Shown here piece after piece: positions 42,476 to 51,565 of a stretch of DNA of 64,000 nucleotides. The translations under genes and the position numbers were made by a program. Origin of the DNA: Spirochaetia bacterium. GTDB taxonomy: Bacteria; Spirochaetota; Spirochaetia; CADAEX01. The notes beneath the pieces are model-generated. The model was not told the origin of the DNA, made no database searches, and saw only the letters and a list, made by a program, of their open reading frames with translations. Positions within the stretch are counted from its first letter, which is position 1, and each line of letters starts with the position of its first letter. Location of the stretch: NCBI GenBank assembly GCA_963662265.2, contig CAXXHA010000008.1, forward strand, positions 32,001 through 96,000. Direction: 5' to 3'.

Positions 42476-43576
42476 TTAAGCTGTTTCAAGACTGCATTCA
42501 TGCTCTGGAGGGGACTTATTTATTCTTAAATATTCTTTGATAATTTCCGGAATATCCTCATAACTGAACTGATACAGGACTTTCATTTCTGTATTACATT
42601 TCGGGCATTCTTCTTCATACTCTTCTGCTTTTTTTACTTCGAAGCCGAACTTTTCTTTCAGTTCAATTAGTTCTTCTTTATGCCGGTTTGAATAAAGTCC
42701 ATAGTTTCTCACAAGGACTATTCCTTTGGGGGGAATGTGATTAAAAAATCTTTCCATGAATACTTCATATCGTAAGCGGGTTATTTTCTTACCTGTCGGC
42801 TGATATATTATTTCTCTGTTTAACCTATCCCATTCTATTTCTTTTTCGGGATTTACAACTGTTCCGCAAGCTGATTTTGATAAATAGTTGACTATTGATT
42901 CTCCACTATTCTGATGAAAAGTAACATTCCAGCCCCACTCGTCTTTTGTAAAATTATCTATCATTCTATATCTTTTCTTTGCATCATTCGGCAGCTTTTT
43001 TAGAAATCCGCAGCTGAAACTTTTCTTTACTTCTTCCAGTATTTCGCTATAATTCATACTGAAATCATCTTCCCACTCGTGCTCATCATTCATTCCTCCT
43101 GGGGTAATAATACAATGCACATGCGGATGATAACTTAATCCTTCACCTACCGATTGAAAGACCATTGTCATTCCATATTGCAGTCCTTTTTTCTTTTGAT
43201 ATTTCTTAAAGGATTCATTTATAGAGTTGAACAAAGAACTTATGAATGCATGCTTATGATACATCCAGATCATTGTATACATATCAGGGGGCACTATTAC
43301 CAGATGATAATGGCCCATTTCAAGCAGCCGACATTTTATATTTTCCTTCCATTGCAGCTGGTTTTTCTTTCCGCAAACAGGACATCCTCTTTTATTGCAG
43401 GGGTTGTATAATACCATTTTTTCCTTACAATTCGGGCATTCAACAATTCGCCCTCCCATCTTTATTGTGCGGCAGTTTTTATATTTTTCGATTATGTTTC
43501 TGATATCCGACATTTCCGGTGATAATATTTCACCGGTTAATTCATCCAGTAATTCAACGAATTTTACATTTTCCAT
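42476..43576 (-). CDS. IS91-family-like HUH (rolling-circle) transposase carried in a gene cassette
   Basis: Zn-binding N-terminus (CRT..GG..CPNC..C..RGCPVC), HPHVH HUH motif, F..RF..HIPPKG...VRNYGLYSN, C-terminal CPKC. Confidence 0.88.
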   Translation of the reverse strand: MENVKFVELLDELTGEILSPEMSDIRNIIEKYKNCRTIKMGGRIVECPNCKEKMVLYNPCNKRGCPVCGKKNQLQWKENIKCRLLEMGHYHLVIVPPDMYTMIWMYHKHAFISSLFNSINESFKKYQKKKGLQYGMTMVFQSVGEGLSYHPHVHCIITPGGMNDEHEWEDDFSMNYSEILEEVKKSFSCGFLKKLPNDAKKRYRMIDNFTKDEWGWNVTFHQNSGESIVNYLSKSACGTVVNPEKEIEWDRLNREIIYQPTGKKITRLRYEVFMERFFNHIPPKGIVLVRNYGLYSNRHKEELIELKEKFGFEVKKAEEYEEECPKCNTEMKVLYQFSYEDIPEIIKEYLRINKSPPEHECSLETA

Positions 43577-43653
43577 GCAGCTCTATACTGCATTTTTATT
43601 ATTTCTGCTTCAAAATTATGTAATTTTCTTCAAAAAAGCCCTGAAAGGGCGTG

Positions 43654-43753
43654 TAACGCCCAGTTGAGCTGTTTGACTGTCCCGGAGGGTTGGCGTGTAA
43701 ATTGCGTAAGCAATTTGCATGACAAAAGGCAAATCTGCTCAAACTGATTGTTA
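43654..43753 (-). repeat. attC
   Basis: Conserved arms. Confidence 0.92.
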
Positions 43754-43760
43754 CATGGAT

Positions 43761-44735
43761 TTATTCTCCTATTTCTATATCACTTTTTAATATTTCAATA
43801 TTTTCAATATTTTTATATCTTAAAAATGATTTAAGAGAATGTTCTGCTTTTTTTGAGTTTAATGAGTTACCATAAATTATTTGGTTTATTGGTAGAGGCA
43901 TTTTTGTCGCTTCTTTCTTATTTTCTTTATAAAATGCTAATTTTTGATATGGAATCAGTAAATTATTTTTTTCTCTATAATGTATTTCATTGTTCATTTT
44001 TTTGGGAAATGAAATAATTCTCCATTCCTTTTCTTCTTCGAATTCTTTCTTCTTTAATAATGGTAATATATATACTATTAAGTCTTTTAAATATTCAATA
44101 ATTATCCGAAATTTTAAATTTTCATCAGAAGTAATATTATTTTCAGGAAAATCATTATCTAATTCAATAACTGTATTTTTAAAAATTGTTCTTACAAAGT
44201 CTTTCTGACTTTTATAGTCATAAAGTACTGGTTTTGGTAATAAACATGGGTAAAATTTTGAATCATCTTTTATATCTTCCCAATAAGGTCCAATTATCAA
44301 TTCCTCTGTATTATTAATACTTATACAATATCCTTTTCCATTTTGACCATATTCTCTCCATTGTCCTAACAAATTATTATGTTCACAAAACGATGTTATA
44401 TATATTTCATTATCTAGAATATTATTATCTGTATATTCTTCTTCCATTATAATTAAAAACATGTTTATTGCTGTTTTTACTGTGCTATTTTCATCGAATT
44501 CATCTTCCAATATATCTTTTATAATTTTTAAACCATATTTAATTTCATTAGGATCATTTAAATAACTATAATGAGTAGCCCATAAAGTATTTTCTTCTAA
44601 AATTCCTTTTAATCCATATGCACTTGTATAATGATATAACTTAGTAATTTTATTATTTTTAAAATATTTATTTAATTCATCAGTTATATTATCTAAAAAA
44701 AATAAATATTCTTTTTTATTCTTTTCATTTTCCAC
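43761..44735 (-). CDS. DUF2971 domain protein
   Basis: YHYTS..GL.GI, LNDPNE, SFC..LLGQWREYG..GYCI, K..F.EEKEWR. Confidence 0.88.
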   Translation of the reverse strand: MENEKNKKEYLFFLDNITDELNKYFKNNKITKLYHYTSAYGLKGILEENTLWATHYSYLNDPNEIKYGLKIIKDILEDEFDENSTVKTAINMFLIIMEEEYTDNNILDNEIYITSFCEHNNLLGQWREYGQNGKGYCISINNTEELIIGPYWEDIKDDSKFYPCLLPKPVLYDYKSQKDFVRTIFKNTVIELDNDFPENNITSDENLKFRIIIEYLKDLIVYILPLLKKKEFEEEKEWRIISFPKKMNNEIHYREKNNLLIPYQKLAFYKENKKEATKMPLPINQIIYGNSLNSKKAEHSLKSFLRYKNIENIEILKSDIEIGE

Positions 44736-44857
44736 ACTTTACTCCAATATATAGTTCCATTTTTTTAATGATCTTTTATTAGTTCATAAATATATTAAAA
44801 TATTACTTTATCATTATTAGCATAACTTTTACCAACTAGTTTTAAACATATTGCATG

Positions 44858-45043
44858 TAACACCAAGTTGAGCTGCTCCGGTGGTTCCTGAGCGAAGCGA
44901 AGGATTGGCATGTGTTTTTGCATTCTTTTCTTTGCTGTAAAACAAATCTGGAAGTAGTAAATAACTGCTACAATTCTTTTATAATTCTACTTTTTTTCTG
45001 CAAAAACCATGACAAAACCGGGGTCTGCTCCAACTTTTTGTTA
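44858..45043 (-). repeat. attC, long type (first cassette)
   Basis: Conserved arms with an AT-rich insert. Confidence 0.9.
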
Positions 45044-45478
45044 TATTCTAAATCCTCGCAAGGTCAAATGGCAAGTTCTTTTTCCCCATTTTCCAACCCG
45101 AAGATAAACTGCAGATCTTCAATATTTCTATTCAGAACTGCCAGGCGATCATTTCGGCAGGGCTCACCGCCCAGACTTTTGCACCCAAATCGTTCGGCGA
45201 TCCTCGGAAATGATCAAGCCCGTAAATTCCTACCCTATATTGGACGGCATCGGCGCTGGCCATTTCGCCAAAAAGAAGATCAATAATCCAATTGCTTTTC
45301 GAAAATGAAGCAATATGTGCGAAATGCCCCCGCCCAAAATTTCTTTCCCTAAATTGGCAGGCTCTGGAGGATGGCGGGCCTCAATATGCTGCAAGCCATT
45401 TCCCAAAAAATCCTTAATTATTTAAGCGGTTACCAGTTTATTGGCAGTTTTTACGGTTTCCGCTAACTTGTGTGAATA
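45044..45478. other. Gene-less cassette body, family C (first position at attI)
   Basis: Allele of 15867 and 37684; not followed by another attC. Confidence 0.87.
45045..45074 (-). promoter_or_regulatory. Putative downstream-facing promoter at the 3' end of the gene-less cassette
   Basis: TTGCCA-N18-TAGAAT; same geometry in families A, B (allele 1), C and D. Confidence 0.55.
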
Positions 45479-45500
45479 TAACATTACATATTCAATACTT
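45476..45500 (-). other. Putative attI recombination site (crossover G|TT at 45482/45481)
   Basis: Last GTTATAT core before intI; attC-like sequence stops here; minus strand GAATATGTAATGTTATATTC. Confidence 0.75.
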
Positions 45501-45641
45501 TTGTATAATATTTTACCCTATAAAGCCGTTTTTTAAAACTAAGTAAAAATAAACATAATCTGAATCAGAAATACTTAAAAACCTGTTTTAAAATATAAAA
45601 CTGTTGTTTTCCCCTCATAGAAAGAAAACAGGAGGTTTGGT

Positions 45642-46862
45642 ATGACATTAGAGGATTTTTTGATCAACAAAAGCAAAGTAAAAGAACAGCATGTTTTTTA
45701 CTACCTGAAATGGATTTCTGAATATCAGAGTTTCAAATTACATAATAGTGATTCAGATTTAAATGATTTTCTGTTAAATTTGAGCAAAAGATTTGAGTCC
45801 TGGCAGGTTAACCAGGCACAGAAAGCTGTAAACTTATACAAATATTACAACAATACTTATGCAGAAATTAAGCCTGAAATAATTCATCCACCCGATGACT
45901 GGGATAAAGCGATAACTAAAGCAAAAGAGCTATGCAGGTTTCAGTATAAATCGTTAAGCACTGAAAAATCCTATATTTACTGGATAAAATCATTTCAGAA
46001 ATACCTTTCTGGTAAGATTCCGGTTGATGTCAACGAATCAGATGTAAAAAATTTCCTGACATACCTTGCTGTTCAGAAAGGTATCGCCGATTCTACTCAG
46101 AAACAGGCTTTTATTGCACTGCTTTATCTGTTTAGAAATGTTTTAAACAAGGAAATATCAGACCTCAACAATGTTATTCGCTCATCGCAATATAAAAAAC
46201 TCCCCGTAGTTCTCTCAAAAGATGAAGTTGCCCTGGTTATCAGTAAAATGAAAGGAATATACAGAATAATGGCAGAAATTATCTACGGAGGCGGCTTGCG
46301 ACTTTCAGAATGCCTGTCACTGAGGATCAGGGATCTGGATTTTCAGAGGCAGTGTATAGTTGTGCATTCAGGAAAAGGAAACAAGGACAGACTTACTCTC
46401 CTTCCCGAATCTATTGTTCCTAAGTTGCAGAATCACCTGATCATTGTAAGAAAGAAGCATGATAAAGACAGGAGAGAAAAAGTTGAAGGTGTTCCACTTC
46501 CTGATGCGCTGGAAAAAAAGTACAAAAATGCCTGCCTTGAATGGGGCTGGTACTGGGTCTTTCCCTCTGATAAATTATCTTTCGACCCGAGAGAAAAAAT
46601 TATCAGAAGATATCATATATATCCGACAACGCTGCAGAAATCCTTTCATGATGCTGTTGTTCAGTCTGAAATAGCAAAAAATGCATCTATTCACACATTA
46701 CGCCATAGTTTTGCAACCCATTTAATAGAAAACGGTTATGATGTCAGGACAGTACAGGAGCTTCTGGGACATTCAGACATAAGAACAACAATGATTTATA
46801 CACACATTGCGCAAAAGAATAAACTGGGGGTTGTCAGTCCTTTCGATGATCTGAAATTGTAA
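45642..46862 (+). CDS. intI: Integron integrase
   Basis: R (GLRLSE), K (GKGNKDR), HTLRHSFATH, LLGH, TTMIYTH; IntI-specific insert VPLPDALEKKY..EWGWYWVFPS; GGAGG RBS. Confidence 0.96.
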   Translation: MTLEDFLINKSKVKEQHVFYYLKWISEYQSFKLHNSDSDLNDFLLNLSKRFESWQVNQAQKAVNLYKYYNNTYAEIKPEIIHPPDDWDKAITKAKELCRFQYKSLSTEKSYIYWIKSFQKYLSGKIPVDVNESDVKNFLTYLAVQKGIADSTQKQAFIALLYLFRNVLNKEISDLNNVIRSSQYKKLPVVLSKDEVALVISKMKGIYRIMAEIIYGGGLRLSECLSLRIRDLDFQRQCIVVHSGKGNKDRLTLLPESIVPKLQNHLIIVRKKHDKDRREKVEGVPLPDALEKKYKNACLEWGWYWVFPSDKLSFDPREKIIRRYHIYPTTLQKSFHDAVVQSEIAKNASIHTLRHSFATHLIENGYDVRTVQELLGHSDIRTTMIYTHIAQKNKLGVVSPFDDLKL

Positions 46863-46970
46863 GCCAGAAATTGAACAAAAAACAATTGAAAACTATTGTT
46901 CCATCATTTTAAGTGAAGATAAACATAAAACTGTTGTTTTGTAAGATATAATATCTACAGTGATATTTTC

Positions 46971-49523
46971 TCATTTTTTCATAAATTTCCTTACATCACC
47001 GGCACTTACAGCTTTAAACAAAGTTGATACACATTTCTCATTGCATTCTTTTGAAGAAATATTTCTAACAGCTTTTTTCACCAGCGGGATCTGAGAGGGA
47101 TTCATACTCAGGCTGTAGATACCTATTCCGATTAATAAAGTTGCGGCATCAGGATCTCCTCCCAGTTCTCCGCAGAGACTTACATCTATTCCCGCATTTT
47201 CTGCAGACAGTACTGTTTTCCTGACAGCACGTATGACAGCTGGATCATATGGATCTGAATAAGAAGCCAGGTTTTTGTTTCCTCTTTCAGCGGCAAGCAT
47301 GTACTGTGTAAGATCATTTGTTCCAATACTGAAAAAATCGCAGATACCTGCAAGTTCGGATGACATAAATACAGATGAGGGTGTTTCAATCATAATTCCT
47401 GTTTCAACCGGCCAGATATGTTTTATCCCTTCAGTCAGGAGGTCTTTATGTACTTCATTTATCAGATTATAGGCTTTTTCACATTCATCATATTGTGAAA
47501 TCATAGGTATCATTATTTTCAAATCGTTATCCAGACCTGCTCGGAGGATTGCCCTGATATGGGTTTTTAAAAGTTTTCTGTAACTTTCATAGATTCTTAC
47601 TCCCCTCATCCCAAGGAAAGGGTTGTCTTCATAAGGAAGTTTCATGTAGGGAATTACTTTATCCCCCCCTATGTCAAGAGTCCTGATTGTGACTGGTCTT
47701 CCTTCCATTATTTTAAAGACTGTAGAGAAAAAGCTGAACTGCTCATCTTCTGTCGGAGGTGAGTTTTTTTCAAGAAAAAGAAATTCTGTTCTTAAGACTC
47801 CAACTCCATCTGCTCCGTTTTTTACCGCTGCAGCTGCTTCTGAAACAGAGGCAATATTTGCATATATATTAATTCTCTTCCCGTCTTTTGTATAAGAAGG
47901 CTCGCGTTCTTCTCGAATAAGTTTTTCTCTTTCTGATATATAAGCCTCTTTTTTCCTTTTCAGTGTATCCAGTGTTTCATGATCAGGATTTACAAAAACA
48001 GATTCAGAATCCGCATCGAAGCAGATATAATCTTCTTCTGTTATTTCACTTAACTTTGAATATCCTCCCAACGCAGGGATTCCCAGTGATTTAATGAGTA
48101 TTGCAGCATGTGACGTAGCATCACTGTCAGACAGAATTATACCTTCTGTCTTTTCCGGATCCAGCTGCAGAATCTGTGACGGCGAAAGCCATTTTGCAGC
48201 AATGACTGCTCCAGAAGGTATTTCATGATATTCCTGCTGTCTGTTTCCTTTGAGAAATGAATAAACACGTGATGCGACATCTCTGACATCAGCAGCTCTG
48301 GCTTTCAGATATTCATCTTCAAGTCTTTCATACCTCTCAATAACATCATTTGCAGAAATACTCCAGGCAGATGATGCATTATAATTTTCATCACGTATTT
48401 TTCTTATACTTTCATCTTTCAAGTCAGGATCTTCAAGAAGAAAAAGATGTGTTTCTATGATCTGCATTTTATCTTCTTCAATATTATTTTTTCTTACAGT
48501 TTTTTTAATTTCAGCTTTTACACTATCCAGTGCAGAGTGAAGCTTTTCAACTTCTTCCTCGCTGTTATCCGCTTTTTCCGCTTTTTTCTCAAGGCTGATA
48601 CTGCCGGGAAACCAGACTTTTCCCAGTGCAATGCCTGAAGAAAGCTTTAAAAGACCTTTTCCGGTTCCTTTTAAAATTTGTTCTTCACGGCTTATACAGG
48701 TGTTATTGTCCGGAGTTATACTCTGAGCCTCACCAGTTCCTTCCCTGATTATTCCCATCTTCTCACCGAAATTTTCCCCGACAAGTAAGTCAAGCTCTCT
48801 GAAAAAAGCATTTGAAGATATTTCATCGCTAAATGCTTCAACAAGTATTTCGTCATTTTCTAGCACTTCAAGAGAAGAAAGACGGTTAAAACTACGCCCA
48901 TTTACAGGTCCCCTGTTTTTTGTCAGATTTGTAACTTTTACATTACTGCATCCTGAATCTGATACTGCTTTTATGAATTTCGCTGCAGGTCTTGCATGAA
49001 GTCCGTTTTCATTAACAATAGTATATTTTTTTGCAAATCCGGTTTCTTCAGATTTAAATATTGTTTTATCACCTGAAGACACAGTAGATTTACTATCTGC
49101 AGTTAATTCTGATTCCCCCCCCAGGTATTCAATTTTCTGATATAAGCTTTCTTCTGCTTCATTTATAGAATTTTTGATAGTAGCCCCGGCACCGCACTGT
49201 ACAGCTGCGCTGATAACCCCTTCGGCAAGAGGCGCCGATGAAATATGAATATTTGATGCTTTTTCAGGATCCATGAAATCGACTGCTGTTTCAGAACTTA
49301 TGAGTGCACTTCCCATATCTGCAAATATGACTACACCTTCTTCAGAATAAACAGATTCAACGGCATCCATTATATCTGTGGCATCTGTTCCATATTCATC
49401 ATCTTTACCTTCAAATCCCCCCGCATATGCAACAGGAATATTTTTCCCGCCCATTTCAATTGCAAGTTCAGCCAGGCTCTTTGCAAGGATTCTGCTGTGA
49501 GAGACAATAACAATACCGAACAT
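46971..49523 (-). CDS. dhaM: Dihydroxyacetone kinase phosphotransferase DhaM fused to HPr and enzyme I domains
   Basis: GIVIVSHS (EIIA-like), GLHARPAA (HPr), SHAAI, GVLRTEFLF, SIGTNDLTQY (EI). Confidence 0.88.
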   Translation of the reverse strand: MFGIVIVSHSRILAKSLAELAIEMGGKNIPVAYAGGFEGKDDEYGTDATDIMDAVESVYSEEGVVIFADMGSALISSETAVDFMDPEKASNIHISSAPLAEGVISAAVQCGAGATIKNSINEAEESLYQKIEYLGGESELTADSKSTVSSGDKTIFKSEETGFAKKYTIVNENGLHARPAAKFIKAVSDSGCSNVKVTNLTKNRGPVNGRSFNRLSSLEVLENDEILVEAFSDEISSNAFFRELDLLVGENFGEKMGIIREGTGEAQSITPDNNTCISREEQILKGTGKGLLKLSSGIALGKVWFPGSISLEKKAEKADNSEEEVEKLHSALDSVKAEIKKTVRKNNIEEDKMQIIETHLFLLEDPDLKDESIRKIRDENYNASSAWSISANDVIERYERLEDEYLKARAADVRDVASRVYSFLKGNRQQEYHEIPSGAVIAAKWLSPSQILQLDPEKTEGIILSDSDATSHAAILIKSLGIPALGGYSKLSEITEEDYICFDADSESVFVNPDHETLDTLKRKKEAYISEREKLIREEREPSYTKDGKRINIYANIASVSEAAAAVKNGADGVGVLRTEFLFLEKNSPPTEDEQFSFFSTVFKIMEGRPVTIRTLDIGGDKVIPYMKLPYEDNPFLGMRGVRIYESYRKLLKTHIRAILRAGLDNDLKIMIPMISQYDECEKAYNLINEVHKDLLTEGIKHIWPVETGIMIETPSSVFMSSELAGICDFFSIGTNDLTQYMLAAERGNKNLASYSDPYDPAVIRAVRKTVLSAENAGIDVSLCGELGGDPDAATLLIGIGIYSLSMNPSQIPLVKKAVRNISSKECNEKCVSTLFKAVSAGDVRKFMKK

Positions 49524-49583
49524 TCTTTTTTCCTCAATTTCTTTTTTAAAAATATTATCTGAACAAGAAATATATCCTAATTA

Positions 49584-50210
49584 CTACTTCCAGATATCTG
49601 CTGCTGCCTTTATCATCATACAGCTTGATGCTGCTCCCGGATCAAGATGGCCTATGCTTCTTTCCCCGAGATAGCTTGCCCTTCCCTTTGTCGCTTTCAT
49701 CTCAATAGTTGAATTCATACCCGCTTCTGAAGCTTCCGCCCCTTTCAGAAGTATCTTTTCAACTGTTGCTTTTTCGGTTAACGCATTCTCCATGGCATCT
49801 ACAGAAGGAGACCATGTATCTATCATTGTTTTTTCACCTTCAGTTGCATGTCCCCTCATCTTGATTCCATCAAGGCCTGCCCGGAAAAGGGACACAAGTT
49901 CTTTTCCACCTATTTCATTCTCTGACGACAGGGATTTTGACATCTGAAGAAAACATGTACCAAGTAACGGACCTGATGCGCCTCCCACTGTTTTTATGAG
50001 TATCATTGCTTCTGCCTTGAGAAGATCCCTGATGGAGCTGTAATCCTTTGCCTCAATATCTTTTTTTACTGCAGAAAACCCCCTGTCAAGGTTAATGCCA
50101 TGATCGGCATCACCTATTGCAGAATCAAGATCAGTAAGGTATTCCTTTTTTTCACTGTATATTTCAGATAACTTAATTAACCAGGCTTTGACATCGCTGT
50201 ATGTAACCAT
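49584..50210 (-). CDS. dhaL: Dihydroxyacetone kinase subunit L
   Basis: LD.AIGDADHG, GGASGPL, GRASYLGERS.GH.DPGA. Confidence 0.95.
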   Translation of the reverse strand: MVTYSDVKAWLIKLSEIYSEKKEYLTDLDSAIGDADHGINLDRGFSAVKKDIEAKDYSSIRDLLKAEAMILIKTVGGASGPLLGTCFLQMSKSLSSENEIGGKELVSLFRAGLDGIKMRGHATEGEKTMIDTWSPSVDAMENALTEKATVEKILLKGAEASEAGMNSTIEMKATKGRASYLGERSIGHLDPGAASSCMMIKAAADIWK

Positions 50211-50213
50211 TTT

Positions 50214-51215
50214 CTACATCCCCCACCTGAGAGCAGCTGTATGAACAGGATCATCAAAAAGTCTGATTATTTCATCATCAGCTTTCAGGAGGGAAAATGA
50301 ACAACCCTGCATGTCCAGAGATGTTATATAGTTTCCAACAAGGTTTCTCGATACTTTTATTCCCTTTTTTCCGAGTATTTTAAGTGCTTCATTATAAACA
50401 AGGTAAAGTTCAATAAGCGGAGTACCGCCCATCCCGTTTACCATCAGAATTGTGCTGTCTCCGGATTTGAAAGGAAGGTCTCCTGTTATTGTTTCAAGCA
50501 TCATCGCTGCTATTTCAGATGCTTCTTTTAGTTCCATCCTTTTCACACCCGGTTCTCCGTGGATTCCTATACCTATCTCCATTTCTTTTTCAGGAAGATC
50601 GAAAGTCGGCTTTCCTGCTGCCGGGACTGTACATGATGTAAGTGCCATCCCCATTGAGCGGCCGTAACTGTTTATTTTTCTGCAGAGTTCAGCTGTTTCA
50701 GGCAGGCTGTATCCTCTTTCAGATGCGGCCCCGCATATTTTTTCTGCAAAGACTGTTGTTCCGACACCTCTGCGGCCTTGAGTATATAGACTGTTTTCAA
50801 CAGCCACATCATCATCAATAACTACGGATTCTGTTTCTATTCCGTTATCTGAAGCAAGATCAGCCGCCATTTCGAAATTCATGACATCACCTGAGTAGTT
50901 CTTCACTATAAAAAGTACACCGGATCCTCCGTTAACCGCATTTGCTGCTGCTTCCATCTGGTCAGGAGTGGGTGATGTAAAAACATCCCCGGGGCATGCC
51001 GCATGAAGCATCCCTTTTCCGACAAATCCGCCGTGAAGAGGTTCATGTCCGCTTCCTCCCCCCGATATAAGTGCAACTTTTCCTTTAACAGGCCCATCCG
51101 CCCTGATTATCATATCAGGATTATGCTGTACTTTGATGATATCAGAATGCGCAAGCTGCATACCGTCAAGAGATTCGGAAATTACATTTTCAACACTGTT
51201 TATAAGTTTCTTCAT
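50214..51215 (-). CDS. dhaK: Dihydroxyacetone kinase subunit K
   Basis: [22 protein letters not shown]. Confidence 0.95.
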   Translation of the reverse strand: MKKLINSVENVISESLDGMQLAHSDIIKVQHNPDMIIRADGPVKGKVALISGGGSGHEPLHGGFVGKGMLHAACPGDVFTSPTPDQMEAAANAVNGGSGVLFIVKNYSGDVMNFEMAADLASDNGIETESVVIDDDVAVENSLYTQGRRGVGTTVFAEKICGAASERGYSLPETAELCRKINSYGRSMGMALTSCTVPAAGKPTFDLPEKEMEIGIGIHGEPGVKRMELKEASEIAAMMLETITGDLPFKSGDSTILMVNGMGGTPLIELYLVYNEALKILGKKGIKVSRNLVGNYITSLDMQGCSFSLLKADDEIIRLFDDPVHTAALRWGM

Positions 51216-51565
51216 GTTCCCCTTCCTGTCAGTTTTTAATTTAATCCATTTTCATCTGACGTCATTATTCAGGTCATACAAGGATCTAATCTATATCATA
51301 ACTCTCAGTTACACGATCTGTCAAACTTACATTGCCTGAAATAACTGACACTGGTTCATTATTATTATTTATTACAGGGGTTGTTTTTATTTAATTTGCT
51401 TTTGAAGGAATATATTTTGAATAATAATTTCCTTTTTATCATATAAGATATCAGAGTAAATATTGTTTTCAGAAATTTATAAACCAGTCAGCCTGAATTG
51501 CGGAATAAAACTAATTCACACTTCAGCCTTTCAGCATGCTGCTGCTTTTCTGATTTTTAATCATA

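Larger units (their letters stand above)
1..46862. mobile_element. Chromosomal integron: intI + attI + minus-strand cassette array (continues beyond left edge)
   Basis: IntI-type tyrosine recombinase. 40 imperfect inverted repeats reading TAAC...GTTA alternate with minus-strand ORFs. Cassette ends show ~8-10 bp R''/R' complementarity (e.g. GTTATCTTC/GAAGATAAC, GTTAAACG/CGTTTAAC). Confidence 0.97.

Noticed and set aside
616-45043. CRISPR array interpretation of the regular repeats
   Set aside because: Repeats are 64-190 bp imperfect palindromes with GTT/AAC cores separated by 0.35-1.8 kb units, next to intI; no cas genes
45500-45641. LexA/SOS box upstream of intI
   Set aside because: No CTGT-N8-ACAG or other recognisable LexA palindrome found by eye
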